The notes under the pieces were generated by a model. The model did not search any database. It saw only the letters and a program-made list of their open reading frames with translations, and had not been told where the DNA came from. Of a stretch of DNA of 64,000 bases, positions 1 to 10,959 are shown one piece after another. A program made the translations under genes and the position numbers. Within the stretch, counting starts at the first letter, position 1. The number at the start of each line of letters is the position of its first letter. Origin of the DNA: a bacterium. Lineage in GTDB: Bacteria; UBA8248. The DNA lies in the NCBI GenBank assembly GCA_965203325.1, contig OZ241875.1:1184001-1248000 (forward strand), given 5' to 3'.

Positions 1-1250
1 CGGAACCACTCCTCGGGCGGGTGGGCGAACAGGCCCAGCACATCGCCCACCTCCTCGAATACGCCGCGCGCAAGGGCGGCTGCGGATTCCGGCAGCGCGC
101 CCGCCTCGTTGATGAAGCCGTTGATGCGGCGCGCGAAGTCGAAGAGATACCCCAAGGCGCGCGCGGTGTTGAAGTCATCGTCCATCGCTTCGGTGAACTG
201 GGCGCGGAAAGCGGCGGCTTCCTCCTCTACCCGCTCGCGCCAGCCACCCGTATCCTCCCCGCCGCTTCGCGCGAGCCTGAGCCGCACGTTGTAGAGCCTG
301 TCCAGCCCTTTCCTCGCCTCACCCACCACCTGATCCGAATAATCCACCGGGTGCCTGTAGTGCGTCCCCAGCAGGAAATAGCGGATCACCTCGGCGGGGT
401 AGTCTTCCAGAATCGCCTTGATGGTGAAGAAGTTGCCCTTCGATTTGCTCATCTTCTCGTGGTTGATCTGCACGAAGCCGTTGTGCACCCAGTAGCGCAC
501 CCACTCGTGCCCGAAACAGCCCTCGCTCTGCGCAATCTCGTTTTCATGGTGGGGGAACACCAGATCCTCACCCCCGCCGTGGATGTCGAAACGAGCGCCC
601 AGATATCGGCTCGACATGACGGAGCACTCGATGTGCCAGCCGGGACGGCCAGGCCCCCAGGGACTCTCCCATTCGGGCTCGCCGGGCTTCGCCGTCTTCC
701 AGAGGGTGAAGTCGAGCGGGTTGCGCTTGCCCTCGCCCGGTTCGATGCGGTGGCCGGCTTCGAGTTCCTCGGTGTTGCGGCCCGAGAGCTTGCCGTAGTC
801 TGCGAATTTCTCGATGTCGTAGTAGACGTTCCCCTCGACCTCGTAGGCGATTCCCTTCTCGATGAGTTTTTCGATCATCTCGATCATGCCCTCGATGTTC
901 TCCGTGGCGCGCGGGGCGATGTCCGCCCGCCGAACGCCGAGCGCATCCATGTCGGCGTAGTATTCGCCGATGAACTTCTCTGTCAGCTCATTGATGGGAA
1001 TCTTGAGACGCCTGGCGCGGGCGATGATCTTGTCGTCCACGTCGGTGAAGTTGCACACGAATAGAACATCGTAGCCGCGGTATTCGAAATAGCGGTGAAT
1101 CACGTCGAAAACGATGGCGGCGCGCGCGTGGCCGAGATGGCAGTGGTCGTACACCGTCACCCCGCACACATACATCTTCACGCGACCTTCTTCCAAGGGC
1201 ACGAAAGGTTCCTTCGTCTTCGTCAAAGTGTTGTATAGCTGCAGACTCAA
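1..1250 (-). CDS. cysS: Cysteinyl-tRNA synthetase (3' end outside window)
   Basis: Not in the ORF track because it runs off the edge. Manual translation from TTG at 1250 gives LSLQLYNTLTKTKEPF...YVCGVTVYDHCHLGHAR (HIGH-like), later GRPGWHIEC and KMSKS; GGAG RBS upstream. Confidence 0.96.
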   Translation of the reverse strand, partial: MSLQLYNTLTKTKEPFVPLEEGRVKMYVCGVTVYDHCHLGHARAAIVFDVIHRYFEYRGYDVLFVCNFTDVDDKIIARARRLKIPINELTEKFIGEYYADMDALGVRRADIAPRATENIEGMIEMIEKLIEKGIAYEVEGNVYYDIEKFADYGKLSGRNTEELEAGHRIEPGEGKRNPLDFTLWKTAKPGEPEWESPWGPGRPGWHIECSVMSSRYLGARFDIHGGGEDLVFPHHENEIAQSEGCFGHEWVRYWVHNGFVQINHEKMSKSKGNFFTIKAILEDYPAEVIRYFLLGTHYRHPVDYSDQVVGEARKGLDRLYNVRLRLARSGGEDTGGWRERVEEEAAAFRAQFTEAMDDDFNTARALGYLFDFARRINGFINEAGALPESAAALARGVFEEVGDVLGLFAHPPEEWF

Positions 1251-1340
1251 TGACTCTCTCCGGAAAATCCGTGAATTCAGGCGTGAAAATGCGCTTCAGG
1301 TCGTATCCGGGGGGAATTTGTCATGCCCCGCCGATGGGCG

Positions 1341-1823
1341 TCAAGGAGACTCCACGCTTATGGTGCAAACTGCGTGCGCCGCGACGCCCTCCTCGCGTCC
1401 CGCGAAGCCGAGCCCCTCGCCCGTCGTCGCCTTGATACCCACCCGATCGGGCGGAATTCCCAGAACGGAAGAGATAGCCTCTCGCATCTCGGGGATATGG
1501 GGAGCGAGTTTCGGCCTTTCCGCCACGACCACGGAATCCACGTTCCCCGGCCTCATGCCGCGCTCGGCGAGAAGCGCCACGGCGCGCGCGAGGAGTTCCC
1601 GGCTGTCCGCGCCGCGATACGCTTCGTCCGTGTCGGGAAAGTGACTGCCGATGTCGCCCAGGGCCGCCGCGCCCAGAAGCGCGTCGATGATCGCGTGGAT
1701 GAGCGCATCGGCATCGGAATGTCCGGCGAGACCCCGCTCAAAGGGAATTTCCACGCCGCCTAGAATGAGCTTGCGACCCGCCTCGAAGCGGTGGACGTCG
1801 TAGCCTACCCCGACGCGTATCAT
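1341..1823 (-). CDS. ispF: 2-C-methyl-D-erythritol 2,4-cyclodiphosphate synthase
   Basis: [26 protein letters not shown] and [10 protein letters not shown] motifs; ispD-ispF-cysS synteny. Confidence 0.97.
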   Translation of the reverse strand: MIRVGVGYDVHRFEAGRKLILGGVEIPFERGLAGHSDADALIHAIIDALLGAAALGDIGSHFPDTDEAYRGADSRELLARAVALLAERGMRPGNVDSVVVAERPKLAPHIPEMREAISSVLGIPPDRVGIKATTGEGLGFAGREEGVAAHAVCTISVESP

Positions 1824-2584
1824 GTGGAAGCCTCCGCTTCAACATATTTTTCAAGTTCCATCAGCCGCGCCGCGCGCTCGACGTCGCCCGGCGTGGTCAC
1901 CTTGATGTTCTGCGCGCTGCCCTCTACCAGTTTCACCCGAACGCCGACAGCCTCGAGCAGGGCCGCCTCGTCGGTTCCCTCGAAATCATTCTCGTCCGCC
2001 CATTCCATCGCGCGGACGAGCAGTTCGCGCCGCGCCGCCTGGGGCGTCTGGGCGAGCCAGAGGCCCTCGCGCGGGCGCGTCGCCTCGATGAATCCCTCGG
2101 CGTCGCCCGTCTTCACCGTATCCACCACGGGCAGGGCCGCGATGGCGGCGCCCGTCTCCGCCGCGCCGATGAGGCACCTCTCTATCAGATCGGGCGTCAC
2201 CAGAGGACGCGCCCCGTCGTGCACGACGACCCAGGAAACGTCTTCTCCCAGGAGGTCGAGCCCGTTTCGCACCGAATCCTGGCGGCGCGCGCCGCCTTCG
2301 GCGACCTGAACCTCTACGCCAATTCCCTCAGGAAGCTCGGGCGGGTCCGCGCCGGGGGGAAGCGCCATGACGACTCGCCCCACGAGGCCCGCCCGCGCGA
2401 TTCGCAATAGAGCATGATGGAACAGGGGTTTTCCGGCGAGGATTTGGAACTGTTTCGCTACTGCGCCGGGCAGGCGCAAGCCCTTGCCTGCGGCGGGTAC
2501 GATGGCCGCCGTCTCGTCGGGATCCGGCAAAGCAGAAGAAGAGAGCGCGCGCTCAGGCGCCGGTTTGCGATAGTTCGGCTTCAT
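1820..2584 (-). CDS. ispD: 2-C-methyl-D-erythritol 4-phosphate cytidylyltransferase (start uncertain)
   Basis: [23 protein letters not shown] and NIKVTTP motifs. Confidence 0.95.
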   Translation of the reverse strand: MKPNYRKPAPERALSSSALPDPDETAAIVPAAGKGLRLPGAVAKQFQILAGKPLFHHALLRIARAGLVGRVVMALPPGADPPELPEGIGVEVQVAEGGARRQDSVRNGLDLLGEDVSWVVVHDGARPLVTPDLIERCLIGAAETGAAIAALPVVDTVKTGDAEGFIEATRPREGLWLAQTPQAARRELLVRAMEWADENDFEGTDEAALLEAVGVRVKLVEGSAQNIKVTTPGDVERAARLMELEKYVEAEAST

Positions 2585-3632
2585 CTCGTATTTTCGTAAA
2601 AATCATCCGCCCGGCGGTGGTCTGCAGGACGCTCGTCACGGAGACGGCGATCTGGTCGCCGATTCGGTTCTTGGCGTTATCCACCACCACCATCGTCCCG
2701 TCATCCAGATAGCCGACGCCCTGGTTGTGCTCCTTGCCCTCCTTGATGACGAACACGCTCATGTCCTCGCCGGGCAGGACGACCGGCTTCACCGCGTTCG
2801 CCAGCTCGTTGATGTTGAGAACGCGCACCCCCTGAAGTTCGGCCACCTTGTTCAGGTTGAAATCGTTGGTCATCACCTTACCGCATATCTCCTTGCCCAG
2901 GAGCACGAGCTTGGTGTCCACCTCCTTCACGCGGGGGAAGTCCGTTTCGACAATGTCGATGTCGAGGTCCTGGTTCTGCTGAATCCGCTGGAGGACGTCG
3001 AGGCCGCGGCGGCCGCGGTTGCGTTTCAGGGAATCAGAGGAATCGGCGATCTGCTGCAATTCCTTGAGCACGAACTGGGGCACCACCATGGGACCTTCGA
3101 CGAAGCCCGCCTCGCAGATGTCGGCGATGCGCCCGTCGATGATGACGCTGGTGTCGAGAATCTTGGCGTGATGGTGTTTCTTGGCGTTTGCCTCTTTTCC
3201 CTGGGCGGGAAGAGACGGTGAATACAGGCTTCCCGCCACCGAGCCGAGAAATACGCCCATACAACTGAAAAGCAGGCCGATGAATGCGCCGGCCAGGGGA
3301 CGGACGTTTTGCGGAAACGCCTCCCCGATAAGAGCGCACAGCAGCAGGGCGGCCAGCAGGCCGAAGAGCAGGCCTGCGGCCCCGCCAGCCAGAACGCCGA
3401 CCTTGAGCTTGCCGAGTTCCCTCGCGAGCGCCAGCAGCAAAACGCCCGTCAAAGCGCCTCCGGCCAGGCCGGCCGCGCGGCCCGCCACGCCCAAAGCTTC
3501 TGTGAGCGCAGCGCCCAGGACGCCGCACAGGACGATGAAGAAAACGCCCAGAATCAAGCCCAGGCGGTTTGGGCCCGCCTTTTTCTCCTTCGGTATCGTC
3601 TCTATCGAGATCTTCTTCGTGGATTCATTCAT
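2553..3632 (-). CDS. Membrane PIN/TRAM domain protein (YacL-like)
   Basis: Four N-terminal TM segments, [14 protein letters not shown] motif, [18 protein letters not shown] motif; conserved neighbour of ispD. Confidence 0.92.
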   Translation of the reverse strand: MNESTKKISIETIPKEKKAGPNRLGLILGVFFIVLCGVLGAALTEALGVAGRAAGLAGGALTGVLLLALARELGKLKVGVLAGGAAGLLFGLLAALLLCALIGEAFPQNVRPLAGAFIGLLFSCMGVFLGSVAGSLYSPSLPAQGKEANAKKHHHAKILDTSVIIDGRIADICEAGFVEGPMVVPQFVLKELQQIADSSDSLKRNRGRRGLDVLQRIQQNQDLDIDIVETDFPRVKEVDTKLVLLGKEICGKVMTNDFNLNKVAELQGVRVLNINELANAVKPVVLPGEDMSVFVIKEGKEHNQGVGYLDDGTMVVVDNAKNRIGDQIAVSVTSVLQTTAGRMIFTKIRDEAELSQTGA

Positions 3633-3832
3633 GTATATTTCCCCCGGAATATCTTATTACGATAAATATTGCCGTGGCATATTATAATAACCTTGTTACG
3701 TAATGATTTCGGACGGAATCCATTCCGCCTTCGATGATGAAGCGCCGGGCTTCCGGTCTGATTCCGGCAGGTCGAGTGGAGGGCGAAGCGGGGCAGGCGT
3801 ATCGTCTCCCCAAAATAAGAAGCGAAAAATGG

Positions 3833-4318
3833 CTATTCTTCATCCAGCATGAAATCTCCGCTCTTTCCTCCCGTTTTTCTCACCAGCCGAACATCCGAGA
3901 GCACCATGCCCTTATCCACCGCCTTGCACATGTCGTAGACGGTAAGACCCGCCACGCTCACGGCGGTCAGAGCCTCCATCTCCACACCCGTTCTGTCCTG
4001 CGCGCGCACGGCAGCCTCGATGCTCAATTCGCCGGGCGGCTCATCGGCCGAGAAGTCTATTTCCACGCTCGTTAAACGCAGCGGATGACACATCGGGATG
4101 AGGTTCGCACACTGCTTCGCCGCCATGACGCCGGCGATTCGCGCCGTGCCCAGTACGTCGCCCTTGGGCAGACCGCCTTCGAGAATCAGCCGCAGGGTTT
4201 CGGGCGCCATCTCGAGGCGGCCGCGCGCCACGGCCTCGCGGCGGGTGACTTCCTTATCCCCCACGTCCACCATGCGGGCGCGGCCCTGCTCGTCGATATG
4301 AGAGAGTTCCTGGGGCAC
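3833..4318 (-). CDS. moaC: Cyclic pyranopterin monophosphate synthase
   Basis: [41 protein letters not shown] start chosen at 4318. Confidence 0.95.
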   Translation of the reverse strand: MPQELSHIDEQGRARMVDVGDKEVTRREAVARGRLEMAPETLRLILEGGLPKGDVLGTARIAGVMAAKQCANLIPMCHPLRLTSVEIDFSADEPPGELSIEAAVRAQDRTGVEMEALTAVSVAGLTVYDMCKAVDKGMVLSDVRLVRKTGGKSGDFMLDEE

Positions 4319-4480
4319 GGACGACGCCTCCCGAGCAAACCGAAGAAGCGGGAGATTTCGCTTCACGGGCGGAATGTATGGGATCATCATACAACAGGAG
4401 CGCGAAACATCAAAGGGAAAAGAAAAACAAGGGGTTTGGGGAGGGGGCAGGTACAGGCCGCGCTACAAAAACAACATGGC

Positions 4481-5035
4481 CTACAGCTTCGCCAGCGTGA
4501 GGCCCTTTTGTTTCTGGTATTTGCCCTTCTTGTCGGCGTAGGAGGTCTCGCACTCCTCGTCGCTCTCGAAGAACAGCACCTGCGCGATGCCCTCGTTCGC
4601 GTATATCTTGGCGGGCAGGGGCGTGGTGTTCGACACTTCGAGGGTGACGAAGCCCTCCCACTCGGGTTCGAAGGGCGTGACGTTGACGATGATGCCGCAG
4701 CGCGCGTAAGTGCTCTTGCCGACGCAGACGGTGAGCACGCTCCTGGGGATGCGGAAATACTCCACCGTCTTGGCGAGGGCGAAGGAATTGGGCGGGATGA
4801 TGCAGGTGTCGTCCTTGACGTGGACGAGCGAGCGCTCGTCGAAATTCTTGGGATCCACGATGGTGGAGTTCACGTTCGTGAAAATCATGAACTCATCGGC
4901 GATGCGGATGTCGTAGCCGTAGGAGGAGACGCCGTAGGAGATGGCGCCCTCGCGCACCTGCTTGTCCTCGAAGGGCTCGATCATCCCGTGCTCGCGCGCC
5001 ATCTTCGATATCCACCTGTCCGACTTGATCGACAT
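4481..5035 (-). CDS. dcd: dCTP deaminase
   Basis: MSIKSDRWI start; [19 protein letters not shown] and TPFEPEWEG motifs. Confidence 0.96.
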   Translation of the reverse strand: MSIKSDRWISKMAREHGMIEPFEDKQVREGAISYGVSSYGYDIRIADEFMIFTNVNSTIVDPKNFDERSLVHVKDDTCIIPPNSFALAKTVEYFRIPRSVLTVCVGKSTYARCGIIVNVTPFEPEWEGFVTLEVSNTTPLPAKIYANEGIAQVLFFESDEECETSYADKKGKYQKQKGLTLAKL

Positions 5036-5299
5036 CGCGTGAACCTCGTCTCCCGGGACGCTTCGTGAAAACCCGGATTCCACCCGGAAACGAAAACGAC
5101 CGATGCGCGAAATCCCGGGGGTGAAATTCCCGAGCACATAATATCTGGGGGCGAGAGGAGACCAACTCCCCCCACCCCCAGACGACCTCCCCTGTCCGCC
5201 CGAAACGGGGGAGACCTGACAAGCGCTTCTCCGGTCCGAAGCCCGAGAGACGCGCTTGGGATTCGCTGTAGTCATCATGCTTCGAGGAAAATCATATAA

Positions 5300-5357
5300 C
5301 CACAAGATATAGTGGCGCGTCAACGATTTTTTTGCCCAAAACCACAATTTCTTGTGG
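5300..5357. promoter_or_regulatory. Tandem NrdR-box-like operators upstream of dcd
   Basis: CCACAAGATATAGTGG (5300-5315) and CCACAATTTCTTGTGG (5342-5357): 16-bp palindromes 42 bp apart, resembling acaCwAtATaTwGtgt. Confidence 0.7.
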
Positions 5358-5441
5358 ATAGGCCGTGGAATATCCGGGGGTATCCGGGGGAGAAGCTGTG
5401 GAAAAAATGTGAATAAAACGCGATGCCGGTCGTGCGACGGA

Positions 5442-6296
5442 CTATTGGAACCGATCTGCGTGAACCTTGACTTTCGCTCCCTCGCGCAAGCGCCTGAGCA
5501 GCGCCTCGTACCTCTCGTTTCGCTTGATCTCCGAATAAACGAGCTTTACGTCGTCTTTCACGTCTTCAAACTTCGCATCCGCAGCCCCCACGCGCTCGAG
5601 CACACGTATCACCTGCCAGCCGGCGGACGTTCGAATCGGGTCGCTCGGCTGGCCGATGGGCAGTTTGAACGCCACATCCTCAATCGCTTTATCCAATGCG
5701 CCCCGCTCGGCGGTTCCCATCATCCCGCCCGCATCGCGCGTACCCTCGAATATCGAGCGCTGCTTCGCCACCTGCGCGAAAGGCGTCCCTTTTCTGAGTT
5801 CGGCGACGGCATCCCAGGCCTCCTGTTCGGTTTTGAGCACGATGTGGGCGAGGGTGACCGCTTCCCTGCGGCGAAACCGCTCCTTGTTGGCGAGGAAGAA
5901 ATCGCGCAACTGCTGCTCGGACGCACTCGACGTCTCGGCGTCGCGTCTCAGGAATTCCTCGATGACGAGCCTTCGCTTCAACCGCGCTATCCTTTTGCTG
6001 ATCTCGGGAGATTCGTCGATTTTTTGGCGAATCGCTTCCTGGTAGAGAAGTTCCCCCTGTACGATACCTTCGAGAAACCGTTCCTTGCTCTTGCGGATGC
6101 GGATGCGCACGGCGGGCGCCAATTGTCTGAGTCTCGCTTCAATTTCCCCCAGGGTGATTTTCTTCTCGTTCACCTCGATGACGACCCGGCCCAATTCCTT
6201 CACCGCGGGGCCGGCTTTCCTGCTCGCCCCTTCGGCGCCCAGGCCGCATGACAATGCAATTGCTGCGATCAACGCGAATATCTTTTTCATGCCCAT
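5442..6296 (-). CDS. Parvulin/PpiC-type peptidyl-prolyl isomerase (PrsA/SurA-like)
   Basis: Signal peptide; [18 protein letters not shown] and [13 protein letters not shown] parvulin motifs. Confidence 0.88.
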   Translation of the reverse strand: MGMKKIFALIAAIALSCGLGAEGASRKAGPAVKELGRVVIEVNEKKITLGEIEARLRQLAPAVRIRIRKSKERFLEGIVQGELLYQEAIRQKIDESPEISKRIARLKRRLVIEEFLRRDAETSSASEQQLRDFFLANKERFRRREAVTLAHIVLKTEQEAWDAVAELRKGTPFAQVAKQRSIFEGTRDAGGMMGTAERGALDKAIEDVAFKLPIGQPSDPIRTSAGWQVIRVLERVGAADAKFEDVKDDVKLVYSEIKRNERYEALLRRLREGAKVKVHADRFQ

Positions 6297-6401
6297 CTCA
6301 TTCCCTTTCCCTGCGAACCTCTGGAACTATCCGGAACCATCGACCCTTAATATACCGGCAAAAGGCGCCGAGCGAAAATTAAAATTTTCGTATGAAGGTC
6401 T

Positions 6402-7364
6402 TCAAACGAAATAAGCGAAAATGAGCGCCAGGTAGCATACATATCCGGTCAGGAACATGATCCCTGCCCTGCGCCCCATGCCGCGCTTCAACAAGGCGAG
6501 AAGCAAGAACATCAGCATCAGCAAGAGCATGAACGGGAAATCCAGAACGAACGATTGATGCTCTATCCCCAAAGGCGCGATGAGAGACGCCCCGCCCAGC
6601 ACCCATGCGATGTTCAGGACGTTCGCCCCCAGCACGTTGCCGACGGCCATGTCCCCATGACCGCTCAAGGATGCGGAGACGGCCGTGATCAGTTCGGGCA
6701 GCGAGGTGCCGACGGCCACGAGCGTAAGGCCGACGATGAGTTCGGGAACGCCCATGGCGCGGGCGAGATGCACCGCGTTCTGAACGAGCAGAACGCTGCC
6801 GAAAACGACCGCCAGCGAGCCGGCGATGAAACGCAGCCCGATATGCTGCTGTTCCCGGTCCGTCACGGCGCTCCCGATATCGAAATCCGTCCACGTGGCC
6901 CGCTTCATGGTGAACCACAGATAAACGGGCACGAAAACGAACAAGACCACGCCCTCGACGCGTGCGATTTCTCCGTCCCAGCCCAAGGTGAGGAGCAACA
7001 CGCCCATCATCAGCATGAAGAGGCCTTTCGGCAAAACGTCCGCCCGGGCGAGGGACACGGGCTCGAGCAGGAACGCCACCGCCAGGATGAGTCCGATGTT
7101 GCAGATGGTGGAGCCGACCGCGTTTCCCACGGACGTGGCGGGATGGTCCAGCCAGGCCGCGATGACCGAGACGCTGAACTCGGGCGCCGTCGTCGCCAGA
7201 CTCACCAGAGTGGCGCCGATGATCACCTTGGGAATTCCCGTGATTTCGGCGACTCCCACCGCGCCGTCGGTAAACCAGTCGGCGCCTTTCGTGACGATGA
7301 GCAGGCCCGCGGCGAAGAAGATGAGATTCGCCCAGATGGGAAAACTTGCGAAATATGCTTCCAT
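6402..7364 (-). CDS. Ca2+/Na+ antiporter (YrbG/CaCA family)
   Basis: Duplicated alpha repeats ATTAPE...GNAVGS and GTSLPE...GNVLGAN. Confidence 0.93.
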   Translation of the reverse strand: MEAYFASFPIWANLIFFAAGLLIVTKGADWFTDGAVGVAEITGIPKVIIGATLVSLATTAPEFSVSVIAAWLDHPATSVGNAVGSTICNIGLILAVAFLLEPVSLARADVLPKGLFMLMMGVLLLTLGWDGEIARVEGVVLFVFVPVYLWFTMKRATWTDFDIGSAVTDREQQHIGLRFIAGSLAVVFGSVLLVQNAVHLARAMGVPELIVGLTLVAVGTSLPELITAVSASLSGHGDMAVGNVLGANVLNIAWVLGGASLIAPLGIEHQSFVLDFPFMLLLMLMFLLLALLKRGMGRRAGIMFLTGYVCYLALIFAYFV

Positions 7365-7423
7365 CCTCGAGAAGCGTCCTTTATATGGCTATACGGCGCC
7401 GGTTCCGAATCGCCGGGGAACGG

Positions 7424-8209
7424 TCACTTGGCCTGGAACCTGGGTTCTCGCTTCTCCAGAAAGGCGGCGATTCCTTCCTGAAAATCCCGGCTGGCGACCG
7501 TCTCGGCCTGCGCGCTCGCCTCTGCGCGCAGCGCCGTCGCCACGTCCAGGCCGCCTGAGGCGCGAATCAGCTTCTTCGCCGCGCGAAGCGCAATCGAAGG
7601 CCCCTCGGCGAGCCTTCGCCCAAGTGCTATCGCCTCCTCCATGAGCGCGTCGTCATGATGAACCGAGCGGACGAGGCCGATGGCGAGCGCCGCCTCCGCG
7701 TCGATGACGTCGCCCGTCAAAATCAACTCCAGGGCCTTCGCGCTGCCCACGACGCGGGGCAGGAAAAACGTGCCCCCGCAATCGGGGACGAGTCCGACCC
7801 TGGAGTACACCTGCCCGAACGACGCGCCCGCGCCCGCCAAGCGGATGTCGCAGGCCAAAGCGATATCACATCCCGCGCCTACGGCGAAACCGTGGACGGC
7901 GGCTATCGTCGGGCAGCGGGCCTCATGGAGTTTCGCCAGCGCTTTTTGATAATCCGGCCAGAGGAACTCCTCCATCCGCTCGCCCGCCCGGATGCGCGCC
8001 TCGATTTCCTTCAGGTCCCCGCCCGCGCAGAAGGCGCGCCCCGCCCCGCTCAGAACCATCGCGCGGATGTCGGGCTCGCTGCATCGCTCGCACACCTCGT
8101 ATAAGTCTTTCGCCATCTGCCGGTCGAGCGCATTCAGCGCTTCGGGGCGATTGAGCCGCACGAGGGCCAAGCCGCCCTCTTGCTCGAAACCGATTGTCTC
8201 CCACGCCAT
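7424..8209 (-). CDS. Enoyl-CoA hydratase/isomerase
   Basis: LNRPEALNAL, AFCAGGDL, AVHGFAVGAG and DFQEGIAAFLEKREP crotonase motifs. Confidence 0.93.
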   Translation of the reverse strand: MAWETIGFEQEGGLALVRLNRPEALNALDRQMAKDLYEVCERCSEPDIRAMVLSGAGRAFCAGGDLKEIEARIRAGERMEEFLWPDYQKALAKLHEARCPTIAAVHGFAVGAGCDIALACDIRLAGAGASFGQVYSRVGLVPDCGGTFFLPRVVGSAKALELILTGDVIDAEAALAIGLVRSVHHDDALMEEAIALGRRLAEGPSIALRAAKKLIRASGGLDVATALRAEASAQAETVASRDFQEGIAAFLEKREPRFQAK

Positions 8210-8414
8210 GTCCTGTTCCCCCGTAATCACCATTGCCGATTGGTATGGAAAAAATTTTTATTTTTTCTTACAATATGGCATCTCTTCCGAAGTTGGAAGG
8301 AAGAGAGTTGGTACAATCCGGGAAGTATACTGGATATATTCGCGGTTGGTATGCCCGTCGCCCACCGGATTCGCGTGCAGTTGCGAGCGCGGGAGCTTTA
8401 TTGAGGGGTGCAAA

Positions 8415-9038
8415 GTGGAATCACCGGACGCTGTCATCAAGATATACGATCGCTGGGGGAAATTCTACGACCTGGTCTTCAAGCACGTGTTCAGTGAAGG
8501 CAGGAACGTCGGCGTCGACCTGCTCGATCTCCAGCCGGGCGAGAAACTGCTCGAAGTGGGCGTGGGCACGGGTCTCTCCCTGCCGCTCTACCCGTCGACG
8601 TCGGAGATCATCGCCATCGACCTCTCTTCGAAAATGCTCGAGAAGGCGAAGGAGAAGGTCGAGAAGATGCGCCTTCAAAACGTCGAACTCTCCGTGATGG
8701 ACGCGCAGAACATGGCGTATGCGGACAACACCTTCGACTGCGTCACCGCCTGCTATGTGGTGAGCGCCGCCCCCGATCCGCACAAGGTCGTCTCGGAGAT
8801 CTGCCGCGTGTGCAAGCCGGGCGGGCGCATCGTCTTCATCAACCATTTCAAGAGCCAGAAACTTCTGCTGGCCAAGTTCGAAGAACTCATCAACGGGGTC
8901 TGCAAGAAATTCGGATGGGAGACCACCCTGGACCTCGAACCCCTGCTCGAGGCGAACAATCTGACCCTCGAACGCCAGGAGCGCGTGAACATCTTCGACT
9001 ACTGGCGCGCGGTGCTCTGCATCAATACCGACAAATAA
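8415..9038 (+). CDS. Class I SAM methyltransferase (PmtA-like phospholipid N-methyltransferase)
   Basis: LEVGVGTG SAM motif, YDLVF, RVCKPGG, INHF; GTG start after GAGG. Confidence 0.82.
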   Translation: MESPDAVIKIYDRWGKFYDLVFKHVFSEGRNVGVDLLDLQPGEKLLEVGVGTGLSLPLYPSTSEIIAIDLSSKMLEKAKEKVEKMRLQNVELSVMDAQNMAYADNTFDCVTACYVVSAAPDPHKVVSEICRVCKPGGRIVFINHFKSQKLLLAKFEELINGVCKKFGWETTLDLEPLLEANNLTLERQERVNIFDYWRAVLCINTDK

Positions 9039-9100
9039 CCCCTTTGGCCACGCTCCGAAGGTCTCGACGCGCGGCGCACCCGCCCGCGCGGTAAGCCGAG

Positions 9101-10009
9101 ATGAACCCCGAATCGAACGCCTACGGCGTGCTTCTGGCCTCGGTCGCCTCGGCCGCATGGGCGGTGTTCGTCTATTTCATCAAGCGCGCGCTCATGAACG
9201 CGCCCGTCCTCAAGGTCACCGCCGCCGTCACGAGCGTGAACGCCGCTCTCGTGACGCTCATCGCCATCGGCTTCATCTCGAAAAACGATTTTCAGGGCGT
9301 CACGACAGCCACTCTTGCGTTCGCCTTCCTGGCGGGTTTTTTCCACATCGGCATATCGCGCACCTTCTATTACCGCGCCATTCACCGCATCGGGCCGAAC
9401 CGCTCCATCCCCATCGCGCTGACGTATCCCGTCGTCACGGCGATCAGCGCGTCGTTCATGCTGGGAGAGACGCCGACGCTCTCCATCTTCACCGGCCTCG
9501 CGATCCTCCTCATCGGCATCACCCTCATCGTTCAGGCCGAACCATCCCGGGAGGCGGAAGCCGAAGCCCACGGCGCGAGGTGGAAGCTGTTCGGATGGTT
9601 TTCCGCCGGCGTCACCTCGCTGCTCTGGGGCGTGGCCGCGGTTTTCTTCAAAAAAGCGTCCCTGAATCTCCATCCGCTCGCCACCGCCGCGATAGCGATG
9701 TGGGTGGGGGCCGCCACGGCCATGCTTCTCATGGCGCTCGACAAGGGCGAGGAATCGCGCGGCCCCATCCCCGCCTCGGCCTGGAGGTGGATTTTCGCCG
9801 CAGCCGTCTGCCAGACGATCGCCGTTCCGTTCTATAACTTCGCGTTCGTCCACACGCTGGCCGTGCGCGTCACGGCCATCATCTCCGCCCAGCCGCTCAT
9901 CGTCCTGGTGCTGGGCTGGCTCTTCCTGCGCGAGATGGAAAACATCACGCCCCGGCTCGTCCTCGGCGCGCTCCTGACCGTGGCGGGCACCATCGTCGTC
10001 ATCACGTAA
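9101..10009 (+). CDS. DMT/EamA family transporter
   Basis: About 10 TM helices in two repeats; LGETP and FLREM ends. Confidence 0.85.
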   Translation: MNPESNAYGVLLASVASAAWAVFVYFIKRALMNAPVLKVTAAVTSVNAALVTLIAIGFISKNDFQGVTTATLAFAFLAGFFHIGISRTFYYRAIHRIGPNRSIPIALTYPVVTAISASFMLGETPTLSIFTGLAILLIGITLIVQAEPSREAEAEAHGARWKLFGWFSAGVTSLLWGVAAVFFKKASLNLHPLATAAIAMWVGAATAMLLMALDKGEESRGPIPASAWRWIFAAAVCQTIAVPFYNFAFVHTLAVRVTAIISAQPLIVLVLGWLFLREMENITPRLVLGALLTVAGTIVVIT

Positions 10010-10108
10010 AGCCGGCATAGAGTTCCCCTCGCCTCATGAGGGTGCTACCCTTGAACGCCTAATCATTCAGTGAATTTTTTGAAACCCTATTTCAACAAGG
10101 AGACCGAC

Positions 10109-10585
10109 ATGGGCGAAGTCATTCACGTCACCAAGGCCCGCATCGTCAAGGAACCCGGCAGGGGAATGAAAACGGGCTATCTCGACGCCTTCCCGGACGA
10201 GCCGATTCCCTACGGCATCCACGGGGGCATCAAGAACTTCTACAAGGCGGAACCCGAAGAAGAGCGGCCGGCCACGCTGGATCACCTGGCCGCCGCCGTC
10301 GCCGGCTGACTGACGGGCAACATGGGAGGCGCGCTGGATGCGCGCGGGATAAAGAGCAGCCCCGACAACCTGGTGGCGGAAGTGGAAGGCATCATCGAGA
10401 ACGTGGACGGCATGGCCCTGGTCACGAAGATCAAGGTCAATTACAAGTGCCGCATCCCCAGAGGAAAGCGAGAAGACGCCGAGCGCGCACTCGCCGTGCA
10501 CGAGAAGGGCTGCCCGGCGAGCCAGAGCGTGCAGCGGGGGATTCAGGTGGAGTATACGGCGGAGTTCGAGGAGGTGGACGAGTAG
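10109..10585 (+). CDS. OsmC/Ohr-family protein with in-frame UGA (probable selenocysteine at codon 67)
   Basis: Track ORFs 10070-10309 and 10322-10585 share a frame and are separated only by TGA 10307-10309 in AAAVAG-U-LTG. A second Cys lies in GCPAS; AAGGAG RBS before ATG 10109. Confidence 0.85.
10310..10345 (+). promoter_or_regulatory. Bacterial SECIS-like hairpin
   Basis: GCGCGC-TGGAT-GCGCGC at 10329-10345; the loop starts 25 nt after the UGA and has G in its second position. Confidence 0.65.
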
Positions 10586-10652
10586 GGAGTTCGCAGGGCA
10601 ACGGTTTCGCAGTGGCGGACCCATGTGTCCGCCCGCATCAAGGATGAAAGGC

Positions 10653-10680
10653 GCAGGGACAGGTCGCGACCTGTCCCTGC
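10653..10680. repeat. GTAG-type REP-like palindrome
   Basis: GCAGGGACAGGTCGCGACCTGTCCCTGC; near-identical copies at 11213-11240 and 14842-14869. Confidence 0.8.
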
Positions 10681-10797
10681 CATTTTTTGCGCTTTCATTT
10701 CCCCCAGGAAACGCATAAATGTAGGCGCAAGCATTCCCCAAGGCAGGGTGTTTCTATAAAATTTTAACGAAAAAGCGATTGCTGGTTGAAGAACCGG

Positions 10798-10959
10798 CTA
10801 GTCCGCAGACTTGCGCTGCGAAGCCATGAAACCCTCGAACGTCCCCTCCAGTTTCGCCATGCGCTCCCGGAGTTCGGCGATGTCCCTGTGAAGCCAGGTG
10901 TGGGAGCCGACGATCGTGATGACAACCACGATGAAGCCTATCCAGATGTTGCTTTCCAT
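10798..10959 (-). CDS. 53-aa small membrane protein (TM helix plus short coiled coil)
   Basis: MESNIWIGFIVVVITIVGSHTWLHRDIAELRERMAKLEG...; purine-rich RBS upstream. Confidence 0.6.
   Translation of the reverse strand: MESNIWIGFIVVVITIVGSHTWLHRDIAELRERMAKLEGTFEGFMASQRKSAD

Noticed and set aside
21..1064. 347-aa plus-strand ORF and many similar long shadow ORFs (e.g. 39231-41411, 11518-13011, 23130-24572)
   Set aside because: Antisense or alternate frames of well-supported genes in high-GC DNA
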